Positions 51,712 through 64,000 of a DNA stretch of 64,000 bases are shown piece by piece (position 1 is the first letter of the stretch; each line of letters begins with the position of its first letter). Source of the stretch: Octopus vulgaris (lineage: Eukaryota); NCBI GenBank assembly GCA_951406725.2, contig OX597823.1:45260001-45324000 (forward strand), written 5' to 3'. The notes below the pieces were generated by a model that was not told where the DNA came from, did no database searches, and saw only the letters and a list, made by a program, of their open reading frames with translations. A program made the position numbers and the translations under genes.

Positions 51712-52760
51712 ATACACATATTCAGTAAGAATATCAGAATGAAATTTGTGACTAAAAAGTGTGGTGTGCTTATTATACAAAGAGGCAAAGTAGTGTTGTC
51801 TGATGGTGTAGAGCTGCTCAATGGCAAGAAACTCAAGGATATTGAGACTAAGGAATATAAATATCTGGGGATTTTAGAATACGACAAAATCAAGGAAAGT
51901 GAAATGAAAGAAAGCTTTAGGCGAGAAATATCTCAGAAGAACCAAGTTAATTAGGGGAAGTAGACTCAATGGAAAAAACAAAATCAGGGCAATGAACACA
52001 TGGGCTGTTTCCTTAATGCGATATGGCACAGGTGTTGTTAGGTGGACAAAGAACAAGCTTGAGGAAATGGACAGGAAAACTAGAAAAGTGATGACAATCA
52101 ACAAGGAACTACACCTCAAAAGTGATACTGACAGACTGTATGTACCTAGAAACAGGGTTGGAAGAGGTCTCATAGGATGCAAGATCTGTGTTGTCAATCA
52201 GAAGAACAGTCTGGGATGGTACATCAAACAGCAAAGTGAGCCCTTGCTTGCTGCTGTTAGAATTAACAATATAATACCTACTAAAAAATGTGATGGGCCC
52301 ACAAACATTTAAGAAACAAGATGCTGTTGTGGCAGATAAAAGGAAAAAGGAAACCAAGATCATAAATATTGCAATACGTGGAGATGCACGCGTAAGTGAC
52401 AAAGGAATAGTAAAGATTGAAAAGTACTGAGTACGAAAAGATGAAATTGCATGAATGTAGACTATGAGGAGAGTATCTATCTTTCCAGTAGTTGTAGAGA
52501 CATTCAGAGCACTAACAACCAAGTTTGAGAAGTATGTCAAAGAAATTAGAATTGACAAGCTCAAAAAACTGCTCTGATGGGGACAGCAAGGATTTTGAGA
52601 TTGATTCTTGGATGTTGAATGTCTCCCATGATAATTAACAACCAAGTATCAAAGCTTATAACGTGCAGAAAGAGACTCTGTGTAACCTCTGACTGCAGGC
52701 TGCTGTCTGCTCTCACAGAATATACCAGAACAAACAAGACTGAATGTTGCAAAAACAATG
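51712..52760 (+). mobile_element. R4/Dong-like retrotransposon fragment after (TAA)n
   Basis: KKCGVL..YKYLGILE..NTWAVSLMRY..MDRKTRK..DRLYVPRNRVGRGLIG, then RLE remnants. Confidence 0.8.
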
Positions 52761-53294
52761 ATAGTAATAATGAGAAGTAAAGTGATAATTAATAATAAGA
52801 ATCCTTTCTACTATAGGCACAAAGCCTGGAATTTGATTACATCTACCCCAATACTTGACTGGTACTTAATTTATTGACCCCGAAAGAATGACAGGCGAAG
52901 TAGACCTTGGTGGAATTTGAACTCAGAATGTAGCAACAGGCGAAATACCACTCAACATTTTGCCTGGTATGCTATTGGTTCTGCCAGCTCATGCCTTAAT
53001 AACAACAACAACAATAATAATAATTTTTTCTGCTAAAGGCATAAGGTCTGAAATTTGGGAGAGGGGACTAGTTAATTATATTGACTTCAGTGTTTTACTG
53101 GTACTTAATTTATTGACCTTGAAAGGATGATAGGCGAAGCCGACATCAGCACAATTTGAACTCTGAATGTAAAGATGGGTAAAATGCCGCCAAACATTTT
53201 GCTTGGTGAGCTAACAGTTCTGCCTGCTTGCCACCTTAATAATGACGACAATGACGACGACAACAACAACAACAATGATAATGATAAGGATAAT

Positions 53295-54625
53295 TCAAGT
53301 TGTAAAAAAAGGCTGGAAAAAGGTTGGCTGTGGACTTTTGCAACTTGAATTGACAATGAAGATTGCCACAATTGGCCTAAGCACTTACCTGAAAAAATCA
53401 GATGACTGGATGCAAAAAGTTGTCTTAAAGCACGAAAACAAGAAAACCTCATACTCAATGACAAAATAGGCAAGGAAATATCTAAGTGAATTCCAAATAC
53501 AGCAACTACCAGAATTAGATGTACTGGAAACAAGCACAGAAAAAGCTAAGCATATAAAACACTTGCTAAAACTGTTGTCTTAGATACGCTTACTAATAAA
53601 TAACAAGAAAAACTTCTCAATGACAAATATCCAAAGAGAGCTAATAATGCTGATGTTGACAAAGTTCTTACCCATCAATGGTTAGTGTCTTCTGGTTTAA
53701 AATCTAAGACAGAAGGGTCTATAGTAGCAGCCCAGGATCAATGCCTGCCTACAAGAAGCTACCAGGTCAATATCTTAAAGAATGGCAGTAGCCCAACATG
53801 TCATATAAGTAAACAACAGACTGAAACCAACAATAATGTGTCCATGTGCAGCCTTCTTGCACCTACAAAGTATCTCAACAGTGGCACAATATATTAACCG
53901 GGTAATTTGCAAAGACCTGGACTTGCCCCATGATAGAAACTGATGGAAACACAAACTACTGCCAGCACTTGTAATTGATTACACCTCACTCCTTTGGAAC
54001 TTCACCATTCAAACTGACAGAAAGATAGAAGCAAATAAGTCAGACATTATATTGAAAGATTTCAGACAAAAATCATGCCTCCTCATTGATATGACTACCC
54101 CAATCGACATAAATGTATTTGTTGAGACCTACCAAAAACTGAGCAAATATAAAGAAACTGGTAAAATATGGAACCTCAGAACTAAAACAATAACTGTTGT
54201 CATAGATGCCCTAGGAATGATAGCAAAAGGGGCTGATTGCTATCTACCACAGATACCAGGAAATCTAAATATGGAAGAAATTCAAAAAATAGTGCACATG
54301 GAACTGCTCATATTCTATGAAAAATACTGTTTGTGTAATTCTAAAAACATTTTTAACCTGTAAACATTGTGAAAAGAACTTTTAAATGCACATAATAGCA
54401 AACACCTTTTACTGACAGCTTAAGAACACACCATCCTCTTATCACCAAAGCACTTTTAAAATAACTTTTAATTTTCTTACGTTTTGACAGACATTCTCTA
54501 TTGCAAAACCAAAAATATAGCGCCCAAGTCACAACACCAACTTGAATTTCTAATTTGTTGTCTCTTGAGGTCTCTGGGTGAGACTGGGAGTCAACAAAGC
54601 AAAAGCCAAATATACAACAACAGCA
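53295..54625 (+). mobile_element. R4/Dong-like retrotransposon fragment (different family) ending in (TAA)n
   Basis: SGLKSKTEGSIVAAQDQCLPTRSY..CHI..LLAPTKY; CLLIDMTTP..KLSKYK..VVIDALGMI..EIQKI. Confidence 0.8.
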
Positions 54626-54630
54626 ACAAC

Positions 54631-54779
<149 letters not shown>

Positions 54780-54929
54780 TGCAAAAGTTGGCGCTGCTTA
54801 GAACTGCATGCATATTGCATAAAAGTACTGTCTGTCTGAGGTCCTTGTTGTGACTTGACAAACAGTACAAACCAGGAGAGACAATATCTTCAATCAACAA
54901 CCTCAAAATATTGTATACTGTGCAACATC

Positions 54930-54930
<1 letters not shown>
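54780..54930 (+). mobile_element. Extreme 3' stub of an R4/Dong-like element between two (TAA)n tracts
   Basis: QKLALLRTACILHK resembles the QKxxLLGTAxILRK terminus of these elements. Confidence 0.6.
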
Positions 54931-54962
<32 letters not shown>

Positions 54963-55170
54963 TTCTTTATTAGCCTCATACAAAAAAAAAAAAAAGGAAG
55001 AAAAACACTTTCACAAGAGGCTACAACGAAAGAAAAGATATTGTAGAGTGTGAAAAAAAGTTTACAAAGTATGAATGGTGTAGGTAAGGGAAATTGTCTG
55101 GAAGGATATATTAAGAATTTTGAAGGTACAGACACATGTCCATGCATCCATATGTATACATATATACACC

Positions 55171-55272
<102 letters not shown>

Positions 55273-55451
55273 TGTGCATATATATAGTATGATCTGGCTG
55301 AAACTTTGAAATCACTGTCAATACTATTCTTGTTAAAGAATAATAAATTTGTACTCTACCCAATGAATTGAGTAATCCTTCAATTTATTGTAAATTTGTC
55401 TTTATTAGAATATAAAACAAGTAATAATATATAAAACACACACACGTGTGC

Positions 55452-55535
<84 letters not shown>

Positions 55536-55681
55536 ATATATATAGCAATAATAAATCTCTGAGTGAGATGTATATACACACACATAAACATGTTTGTGCA
55601 TGCCCCTACATACACACATACAAACTGTTGCATGGAAATGAATTAAAAAGTATAATCCAATAAATAAAGCTAGATATGATC

Positions 55682-55780
55682 TTAAGAAATAAGCTATGAA
55701 TGATCTGACTAATTTTAAGAAATAAGCAATGAAAGATCTGACTAATTTTAAGAGATAAGCAATGAAAGATCTGACTAAGT
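55682..55780. repeat. 33-bp minisatellite, 3 copies
   Basis: Unit ttaagaaataagcaatgaaagatctgactaatt. Confidence 0.85.
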
Positions 55781-55789
55781 TGACTTAAG

Positions 55790-56720
55790 GTACTCTACAA
55801 CTCCATTGACTTTCTCAAATTGTGTTCAAGTGCAAATGAACATACCAATAAGCATTTTTGAGGCAGTTGATGTTGGAAACCAACATCCTGAGCATATTCT
55901 ATTTTAAGTTCAAGATAAAGTCTTAATTTTAATTTTTCTAATAGTCTATCTTTTACATGTTTGTTTAAAATTGAACATAACTGTTTTTGTATCATTCTAC
56001 ATTCCGCAAAGAGTCTGTGGCACCCCAGAAGCATAAGTTTGTTTATCACTTGTTTGATTCTTGAAGAATAGTAAATCTTAGTTCATCTTCATCCTCTGCA
56101 TTTCATTTGTTATTTTCCTAAAAGAAACTGCTCATCTCACCTGTTTTTGTTGTTTTATGGTGAATTTTCTTTTCATGAGATTTTAAAACTTCTTTTATCA
56201 CTTCACATTTGGGAATTTTCATCTGTAATTATCTTCCCCTCATAGTATGATGGTTTGCTGTAACAGGTTGGTACTGTTAAGAGATGAAGTGTTTGCTCAT
56301 ATATTTATGATACAAGACCTAAAGGTAGTTCATTTGCCACTCCCATAGTTTTGGTTGGTGAAGCTTTAGAAATAAGGTTTGTTGCTCTTCTTGATCTTAT
56401 CATCTTTGCTTTGATTGTTTCTATTTAATCTCCTCAGCTCTGGCATTCAACCGTAAGGTGGGTTTTACTCCAGCAAATGTAACAATTAGATTTTCTCTCC
56501 AGTATCATCAATTGTCTCAATGCCTTCCGCTGGGCAGTTTTGGTATGGTTCTGTGGCCTTTGGAGAGCATTAAAACTTGCAAGTCTATATTGAAACCCTA
56601 TCCATCATGGGTCATCTTTAGTTAAGCTTATATCAACCACTCCCTTATACTGTGACACAAAATTCAAAACCAGCCCTTTGTCCAATGTCTTTTATTGTGA
56701 TTCTTGTGTGTCTGATATAT
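55790..56720 (-). mobile_element. Retroelement ORF1/gag-like relic, copy 2
   Basis: Intact CCHC knuckle CYICWSKTHLTVEC (C-x2-C-x4-H-x4-C) at 56443-56484. Confidence 0.6.
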
Positions 56721-59700
56721 TTACTGGGGCACAAATATATGGTCAGAGTTACAGTTAACAAATTCCACCTCTTTACAGTTTTAAATATACAGCAGATAGT
56801 GACTTTTATATTTTTCATTTGAGATAACTTCTCCTGACATCTTCTGAAAGGTTTCTTATACTACTTGATGTGAGGGAAAATAATTTAATCCCCTTCCATT
56901 CTTTTCATAGGCAGAAAAATATAACTTTCTTGTACCTTCTTCTGGATTATCTCTTGCTGCAAAGAAATACTCCTAATTTTTACAAAATTTTCTTGTAATT
57001 TTGACATGCGCAACAGTTCTGTCTGTTCTTTTTTGTATTGAAAGAAGATTCCTCTTTATACAACTTCTATGTAGATGGAATGCAGTATTAGGAATCATAT
57101 GTGAGTTGTTACTGCTTTTGATATTGCTATTATTGTCGCTGTCTTTCAAATGATTTATTTGAGTATTAGGGACATTTTCTTGTACCAATTGTTTATTATG
57201 CAATTCATTTTCTTCTTCTCCCTTGTAAATTTATGTGTGTGTGTGTGTGTGTGTGTGTGCATATGTGTTGTGTGTGTGTGTGAGTGTGCATGTGTTGTGT
57301 GTGTGTGTGTTTGTGTTATGTGTTTGGATAATGCCAAAGAGAGAAAATGTACTCAATACATGTGGATAAGATTATTTGTCTGTAGCTTATGGTTCACTGT
57401 TTAATGTTTTTGCCCCCCAAAAGACTGTATACTGTGAGTATTAATATGCATCTCAGCACCATTTGAATAACCAATAATTTTAATGAAAATAATGCTGTAC
57501 AATAATAGCATAAAGATGATTGAATCTTTACAAGAACCCACATTTTCTAATGCCACAGTTGTTATAAATACACTTTCAAACTATATCTCAGCAGTCTGCT
57601 AGTAGATAACAGTGACACTTTTAGTATATTGGCTTCAAATTTTGGCACAAAGCCAGCAATTTCAGAGGAGTGGGTATGTTACTTACATAGACCCCAGTAC
57701 TCAACTGGTACATATTTTATTAACCTTGAAAAGCTTGAAAGGTAAAGTTGACCGTGGTAGGATTTGAACTCAGAACATAAAGACAGATGAAATGCTGTTA
57801 AGCATTTTATCCAACACATTAACAATTCTGCCAGCTCACCACCTTAAGCTTTTGGTATATTAACAACTGATTTAAACTGACTTGAATTATTTGTATGAAA
57901 ATTTAATTTACTAAAAGATACAGTTATTGGTAATGAACATGGACTATGATCTCAAGATCCCTATGTAGTACTGATAGCTCCTTGGGTTTTATGCATCTAT
58001 AAGCATTGGCTGTTTATATAAAAAGCTACATTTGAAAGAACTTTTGACATTTATCTAAACATTTCAGTGCATTCTGGCTCACTAGAAAATTTTGAAATTA
58101 TGTCAGAGTGTACTACCTATGAAGAAACCCTACATAACTACACCAATCAAGAAATATTTTGAAACTAGAATGAAAGGTAAGAGGCTGCCAGAGTAGTCAA
58201 CTGCACATTCTGCATTTGATGCTAAGATCCATTTTCATTATTTTATTCTTATGATTGTTTGCAACCAGACACTAGCCTTGTGCAGTAAGAATCAATCCTT
58301 CCATTTCTGCTTTTAGACCAGAGCTTTTAAGCCATTGTTGATTTCCTTTTTGATTTCTTTGTAGAATATTGGCCTTCGAGGGGTTTTTCTTTATTGTCTT
58401 CATTTGTTTGTTTTTGTAATTTTGTTTACATGTTTTTTTTTTTTGTCTCTGAAACCATTTCTGTCAAGGTGTTATTTAAGTTTATTATTTCAGAGTAATT
58501 TTTACTATTTTGTATTTTATTATTTCCTTGAGGTTAGAGAAAGGTTTTTTCTATGTTTTCTTCTTCTTCTTCTTCTTCTTCTTCTTCTTCTTCTTCTTCT
58601 TCTTCTTCTGTCTTCAAGTCACTCCTCTCCATCCATAATCACTGGCTTTCTATATCTGTTTTTGTACTCATATCTCTTGCAAACTGACTGTACATTTTCC
58701 CCTTTCCTTTCCTCCTCCTCCTCCTCCTCCTCCTCCTCCTCATCATCATCATCATCATCAGCCGCAGCATTGTCTGCGTGTTGGGCAGAATGTTTAGTGA
58801 TATTTTGTCTGTCATAATGTTCTGAGTTCAAATTCTTCTGAGGTCAATTTTGCCTCTCATCCTTCCAGGGTTGATAAAAGAAGAACCAGTTGAGCACTAG
58901 GGTCAATGTAATTGACTCACCCAACTCCCCTGAAATTGCTGGCCTTGTGCTAAAATTTGAAGCCATCATCATCATTATCATTATTATCATCATCATCTTG
59001 TTTTCAAAACTTTCATTTGAGATTCTACTACACCATCAGTTACAGCTTTGCTTTGTGGAAGTGTAGAATTATTCTGTATGTGTTGTGCAAGCTGGTTTTT
59101 TTTGTGTGTTTTATTGATGAGGGTGATTGTATATAGTGAGTTGCATTACATTATTGAGTAGAATATGAGTTATGTAGAAAGTGCTACACTATCAAGTATT
59201 TATTATGAAAAGGTGTATATTGTGTGAGCAGGGTTATTTTATTGGGTGCTTATTTTGTAGGGTATGTATAACATGTAGAAAGTATACTGTTTTCAGTTGT
59301 GTTACTGAATTGAAATTGCATTAATCAGTTTCACTTCACTTGATTCAATGTATTTTTCTGGTTTCAATGTTCTTATTTAATTTTTTGAATTAGATCCCAT
59401 CCTTCTCTATGCTAGATAGGTATCGCTCATCCAAATAATATTCACAGTGATCGCGTTGGAAAGCTATTTGTAGTTTCCTAGTTTTTCAGTTCACTTAACT
59501 TCCAGTTTATCATGTTGAGGTTGTTGTTTATAACTGGAACAGCTAGTGTGTGTATACCTATTATCTTATTTCAAGCTTTTCATTTTTAAATGTTAGTCTG
59601 AGTCTGTTTTATTTGTTTCTAATTTTCTCCTTCATATCTCTTATATGTTATGAATTTCACCAGCTCCTACATATTTCTTTGGTTGGTTCTGGACTACCTT

Positions 59701-60639
59701 ACCACTTTTAATATCTAGATATAATTTAATGTTCTCAGATTTAGTAAATTTAGATAGACTAATATTCATTGATATATCTTAACAGAATTCATGATCAGTT
59801 TCATTGCATAACCAAGTGCTGCAATGTGTTCTTTTTGCACGTGTAATATTTGTTTGTTTGCTTTTTTTTCTCTTATTATGTTGAAAGTACTCTATGTGAT
59901 ATGAGTGTAGAAGTGGATGGGAAGAAACAATTTCTTCTAAATAACAATGAAATCCTACCCCAACAAATAATGAAAAAAATGCTGAGGACAAAAATGAACT
60001 AAGTTTAAACAAAAGTCAAGCAATCAGTGAATAGACAAACTTATGCACCCGTAGTGTAATGGACTTTCAAAGAAGTTGTAATGACACATAAATGATTAAG
60101 TTTGCAATATAAACCACATGCAAAAGATAGACTACTCATAAAATTAGAATTAAGACAGTATATTGAACTTAAAAAAAAAGAATTCCCTGAAGATAGAGTG
60201 TTTCAAACATCAAATCATCAAATACCTAGAAAATAAAAAACGCTTAATGATGCATTCAGTTGTACTTGAACACAGTTTGAGAAATTATTAAGTAATGAGG
60301 GTCATGAAGTGCCCAACTCTACCTAACCAATAATCTTATATGTTTATTTTCTTTTTGTTTTAAATATTATGAGTTTATTGTACTGTGTTTTTTTATATAT
60401 TTTCTGTGCAAATATGTGTGCATGTAGACATGCATGTTTATGTGACTGTGTATATATATACGTATGTGCATTTTTCAAAATTCTTATTATCATCTTCCAT
60501 ATGTTGTATAACATCTCATACACTACCCTTTGTATTTCTGAGCATGGTTTCTTTTTCACATATCATATATTTTCTTTTTGCATTTTTGTATCTCTGTGAG
60601 TTCTTATGGCTAATATAAAAAAAGTTAGTGTTGTTGTTG

Positions 60640-60673
<34 letters not shown>

Positions 60674-62030
60674 GAAATTCAGCAGTCATTTAGATGGAAA
60701 AATATAAATATAACACATTCTTAGTCATGTGCAAGCATTTTTACACTCACAATAAAAAGAGACAAAAGATTTGTTGAATGAGTTCATTAACAGAAATAAC
60801 ACGTTCTGCATCTCTCTCCTTCTCTTACACACACACACACATGTAACAATGCTAACATTAGCAGAAATAGTGATGATAAAATTTTTTTTACTTCTACTAC
60901 TTCTCACAACAAAAATAGTAACACCACCATGAACAAGAACACAACAACAATAATAACAAAAAAGGAGGAGGGAAGAATAGGAAAAGAAGAAGGCCAGTTT
61001 CTCTACCTCCTATCACACCCCAAGCCCTTCCCATCTCCTAGCTGGACTATCATATTTGTGCAGTTTATCTTGAATAAATAGTGCCACTGTGACAGCTACC
61101 AAATAAATGTATTATGTTTTGTTTCAAAGTGTCTTTCAATACTTGATCTGAATTTTCTCTGGAAAAGGATGATTTTTTTTTATTTTTCAGGAGGGAGGGC
61201 AGAGGTTTACTCTACTGTGTTCCTCAGACTGTTGAGAAGAAGGAGGAAGGTATCCTTAAACCAAAGACTTGACCTGAATTCTTACAAGAGAGTGGACTCT
61301 GCTAACAGTACCCAAAGTAGCAGGTGGTAATATTATGCTAGATGATGGATTAAGACTAACATCTAAATAATCCACAGTGGGATTAGAACTCAGGATGCAA
61401 GGAGATGGAACAAATAACACAAGGTATATTCTGGTTTGATGTTTTCCCAGTTCCACAAATCCACCCATAAAAGATGAAAGGTGACATTAATCCAGATAGG
61501 ATTTGAACTCAGAAGACAGAGGATCAGAATAAGTACCATGAAACATCTCATCCAACATTCTCTCAACTCTGCCAAATCATTATCTGTTGAGTAGTGGGCA
61601 TAATCTGTTGCCTGTCTAAACTCCTATCACCTGGTCCTTTAGTAGCACTTTTTATCAGTGTCTACTCTGTTAAAAGAATTTGATCCTTGATATAGGCTCT
61701 GTAAAAGATCATGAAGTACTGCCCTTCCTACATAACAAAGAAGCTGTAAAAATATTTTAGAAAGAGAATAATTTCAAAAGCTATTGTAGCTGATTCTCAA
61801 ACACAGATGACTATATTTAAACCTGGTTATTTTTCTGAATTAATAAAACCTCTTTTAATTACGGTTCAATCAATATGTTAATTAGTTACCTTAAAGCCAC
61901 TCGACTTGATTAATTCAAAGGTAATCACAAATATATTCTCCAGATTCAACTAAATATGACAGGGCCTAGCAAACTGCACACTCTGCATTATAAATCATAC
62001 CTTATCACATCTCTGATGTGATAACGTATG

Positions 62031-62116
<86 letters not shown>

Positions 62117-63163
62117 TAATTCTTCTAGTATATTCTAAGATACATTCTGATGTTTTAAATTATAAAACAATTTAATTAAACATCATTAGGCATAGCCTTA
62201 GTAAATTTAAACAACCATTGGTTGTTTTCTTCTTTTGTTGTCCATTGAGAGCCAACAATAATATCCACTCACTTAATATTAGTTTCAAATCTTGGCACAA
62301 GGCCAGCAAATTCAGTGAAGGGTCTAGTCAATTACATTTGACTCCAGTGCTCTCCAAAAAGATGAAAGGCAAAGTCAACCACAGTAGAATGTGAACTCAG
62401 AATGTAAGGATGGACAAAATACCACAAAGCATTTTGCCCTGCCTGCTAATGATTCCACTAGCTCACTGCCTCTGGAATTAACAAATGCAGTCAAGTATCT
62501 TGCCTGTTGTGCTAATGATTCTGCCAGCTGACTGCCTTCCACTCTCTTAATATTGAGATCTTTGGTGGCTGGACAGACCTATTCTGGATCAATAAGCTCT
62601 ATTGTGGTGATTCATGTATATGTAATAGTGATAGCAGCAGTAAATGAGGTAGGTATGACTGGCTGATTAAAATATTTACTTAACTATTGTGAGATTGTGG
62701 GTTCAATCATACGGAGTGGCATATTGGGCAAATGACTTGGCTTGACTCATGCCTCATGAATTTAATTGGGCCAGTAGATAATGTGTTGTAAGTCCATTAC
62801 ATGGAATGTACATAATCATCATCATTGTCACTATTTTAATGTCCACTTTTCCTTGCTTGTATGAGTCAGACAGAATTTGTTGAGGTAGATTTTTCTATGG
62901 TTGAATGCCCTTCACCTGTTTCCAAGCAAAGTTATATTTCCCCATACCAGTCAGATTTTTCATGGAAGATGGGAAATGAACAGTATCGCTTGTTTGATGA
63001 TGAAGTTTGCTTACAACCATCATGTGGTGTGAAGACAAGGGCATATATAAACACACGTAGAAGAAATTAGCTAAAACATTAAATAGTCAGCATGCAAACA
63101 CATATGCATTCATGCAAACACAGACATACAAACACGCAAAGAAACAAACTAAAGCACTTGTAC

Positions 63164-63469
63164 CTTTTATGAAAACTTGGAACTCTTTTAGTTGTACGCT
63201 ACCACCTTCTATTTCAATCTTTAGGGTCATCAGAATGGTAAAAAGAAACTTGTGCTTCTCATAAAGGCCTCGGCAAGTGTAACGGAACACCTCAAAGGTG
63301 AGATAGTCAATGATGTTATGGATACGTTTCGATGTGACTGGTGATTTGACGGATTTGTCCATTGACATGTCAAAAAGGCCAAGAAACTGTTTGAGTGATG
63401 TCTGATACATCACATTTACCATGCTCATCTCAACAACTAGGAAATATAAAATACTTCCACGGGTAGCCA
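63164..63469 (-). CDS. DNAH5: Axonemal dynein heavy chain (DNAH5/DNAH8-like), internal exon A, 306 nt
   Basis: Encodes (V)[33 protein letters not shown]...[11 protein letters not shown]...EFQVFIK(G), typical of dynein heavy chains. Acceptor ctctgttttag, donor G|gtacaag, phase 1-1. DNAH5 versus DNAH8 cannot be resolved by eye. Confidence 0.95.
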
Positions 63470-63770
63470 CTAAAACAGAGAAGAAATATTTAATATACAA
63501 GAACATTCTTATGAAGAACAAACAACAAAATGAGAAAATGTATAAAAATATAAACAGAAACAAGAAAGCATCAACTTGTAATAAAATATCTGAAGGGATA
63601 GATTAATATTGGTAAACATAGTATGTAAAGAGATTTTAATTTTACTATATGCTGTGAAATTTTGATTTCAAACATCAAAAAAGCAGATTCTGGTTTTATA
63701 TTGGTTTCTGCTTTGTTGTAACAACAGAAATGTATTTCAGAAAAATTGTTTATATGAGTGTTTGTAAAAG

Positions 63771-63803
<33 letters not shown>

Positions 63804-64000
63804 TGTGAGTGAGTGTGTGTGCATATGTGTGTGTGCATGTGTGTATATATATATATATATATGTACACACATGTATGTGTGTGTATGTGTGTGTTTATAT
63901 ATATATATACATACATATATATATACACACGCACACAAATATGTGTGTGTATGTATATATATATATATATATACATACACACATATATGTGTGTGTATGT

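Noticed and set aside
55682-55780. 33-bp repeats as a CRISPR array
   Set aside because: The units are contiguous with no spacers, the context is eukaryotic and there are no cas genes.
56973-57203. 76-aa Asn/Ser-rich minus-strand ORF
   Set aside because: No recognisable motif or convincing splice signals.
61191-61249. Plus-strand exon-like segment after a strong pyrimidine tract
   Set aside because: Weak donor (gtatcc), no partner exon and no recognisable peptide.

Overview
Eukaryotic, AT-rich, microsatellite- and SINE-dense DNA. The repeat families look like those of an octopus (inference from SINE types and repeat load; not database-checked). The only host gene I can support is a minus-strand axonemal outer-arm dynein heavy chain of the DNAH5/DNAH8 group. 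Eight consecutive internal exons (63469 down to 6726; 1401 nt, 467 codons; all GT-AG and phase-consistent) encode the post-AAA5, AAA6 and lid region. Three of these exons are absent from the ORF track, and both gene ends lie outside the window. One intron is 30.9 kb. The rest is intronic: tRNA-derived SINEs, non-autonomous Helitrons, decayed mariner/maT elements and MITEs, RTE, CR1-like and R4/Dong-like retrotransposon relics, hairpins and microsatellites. The strongest leads are: (1) a tRNA-headed element carrying a Penelope-type minimal hammerhead-ribozyme motif with an adjacent inverted duplication, plus three more degenerate hammerhead-like motifs; (2) a ratchet-point motif (TTTTTTCAG|GTAAGT) and an in-frame cassette-exon candidate in the giant intron; (3) a heterologous head-to-tail Helitron dimer; (4) stacked retroelement insertions at (TAA)n. 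Exon and Helitron ends are base-resolved by hand; other repeat boundaries are approximate.
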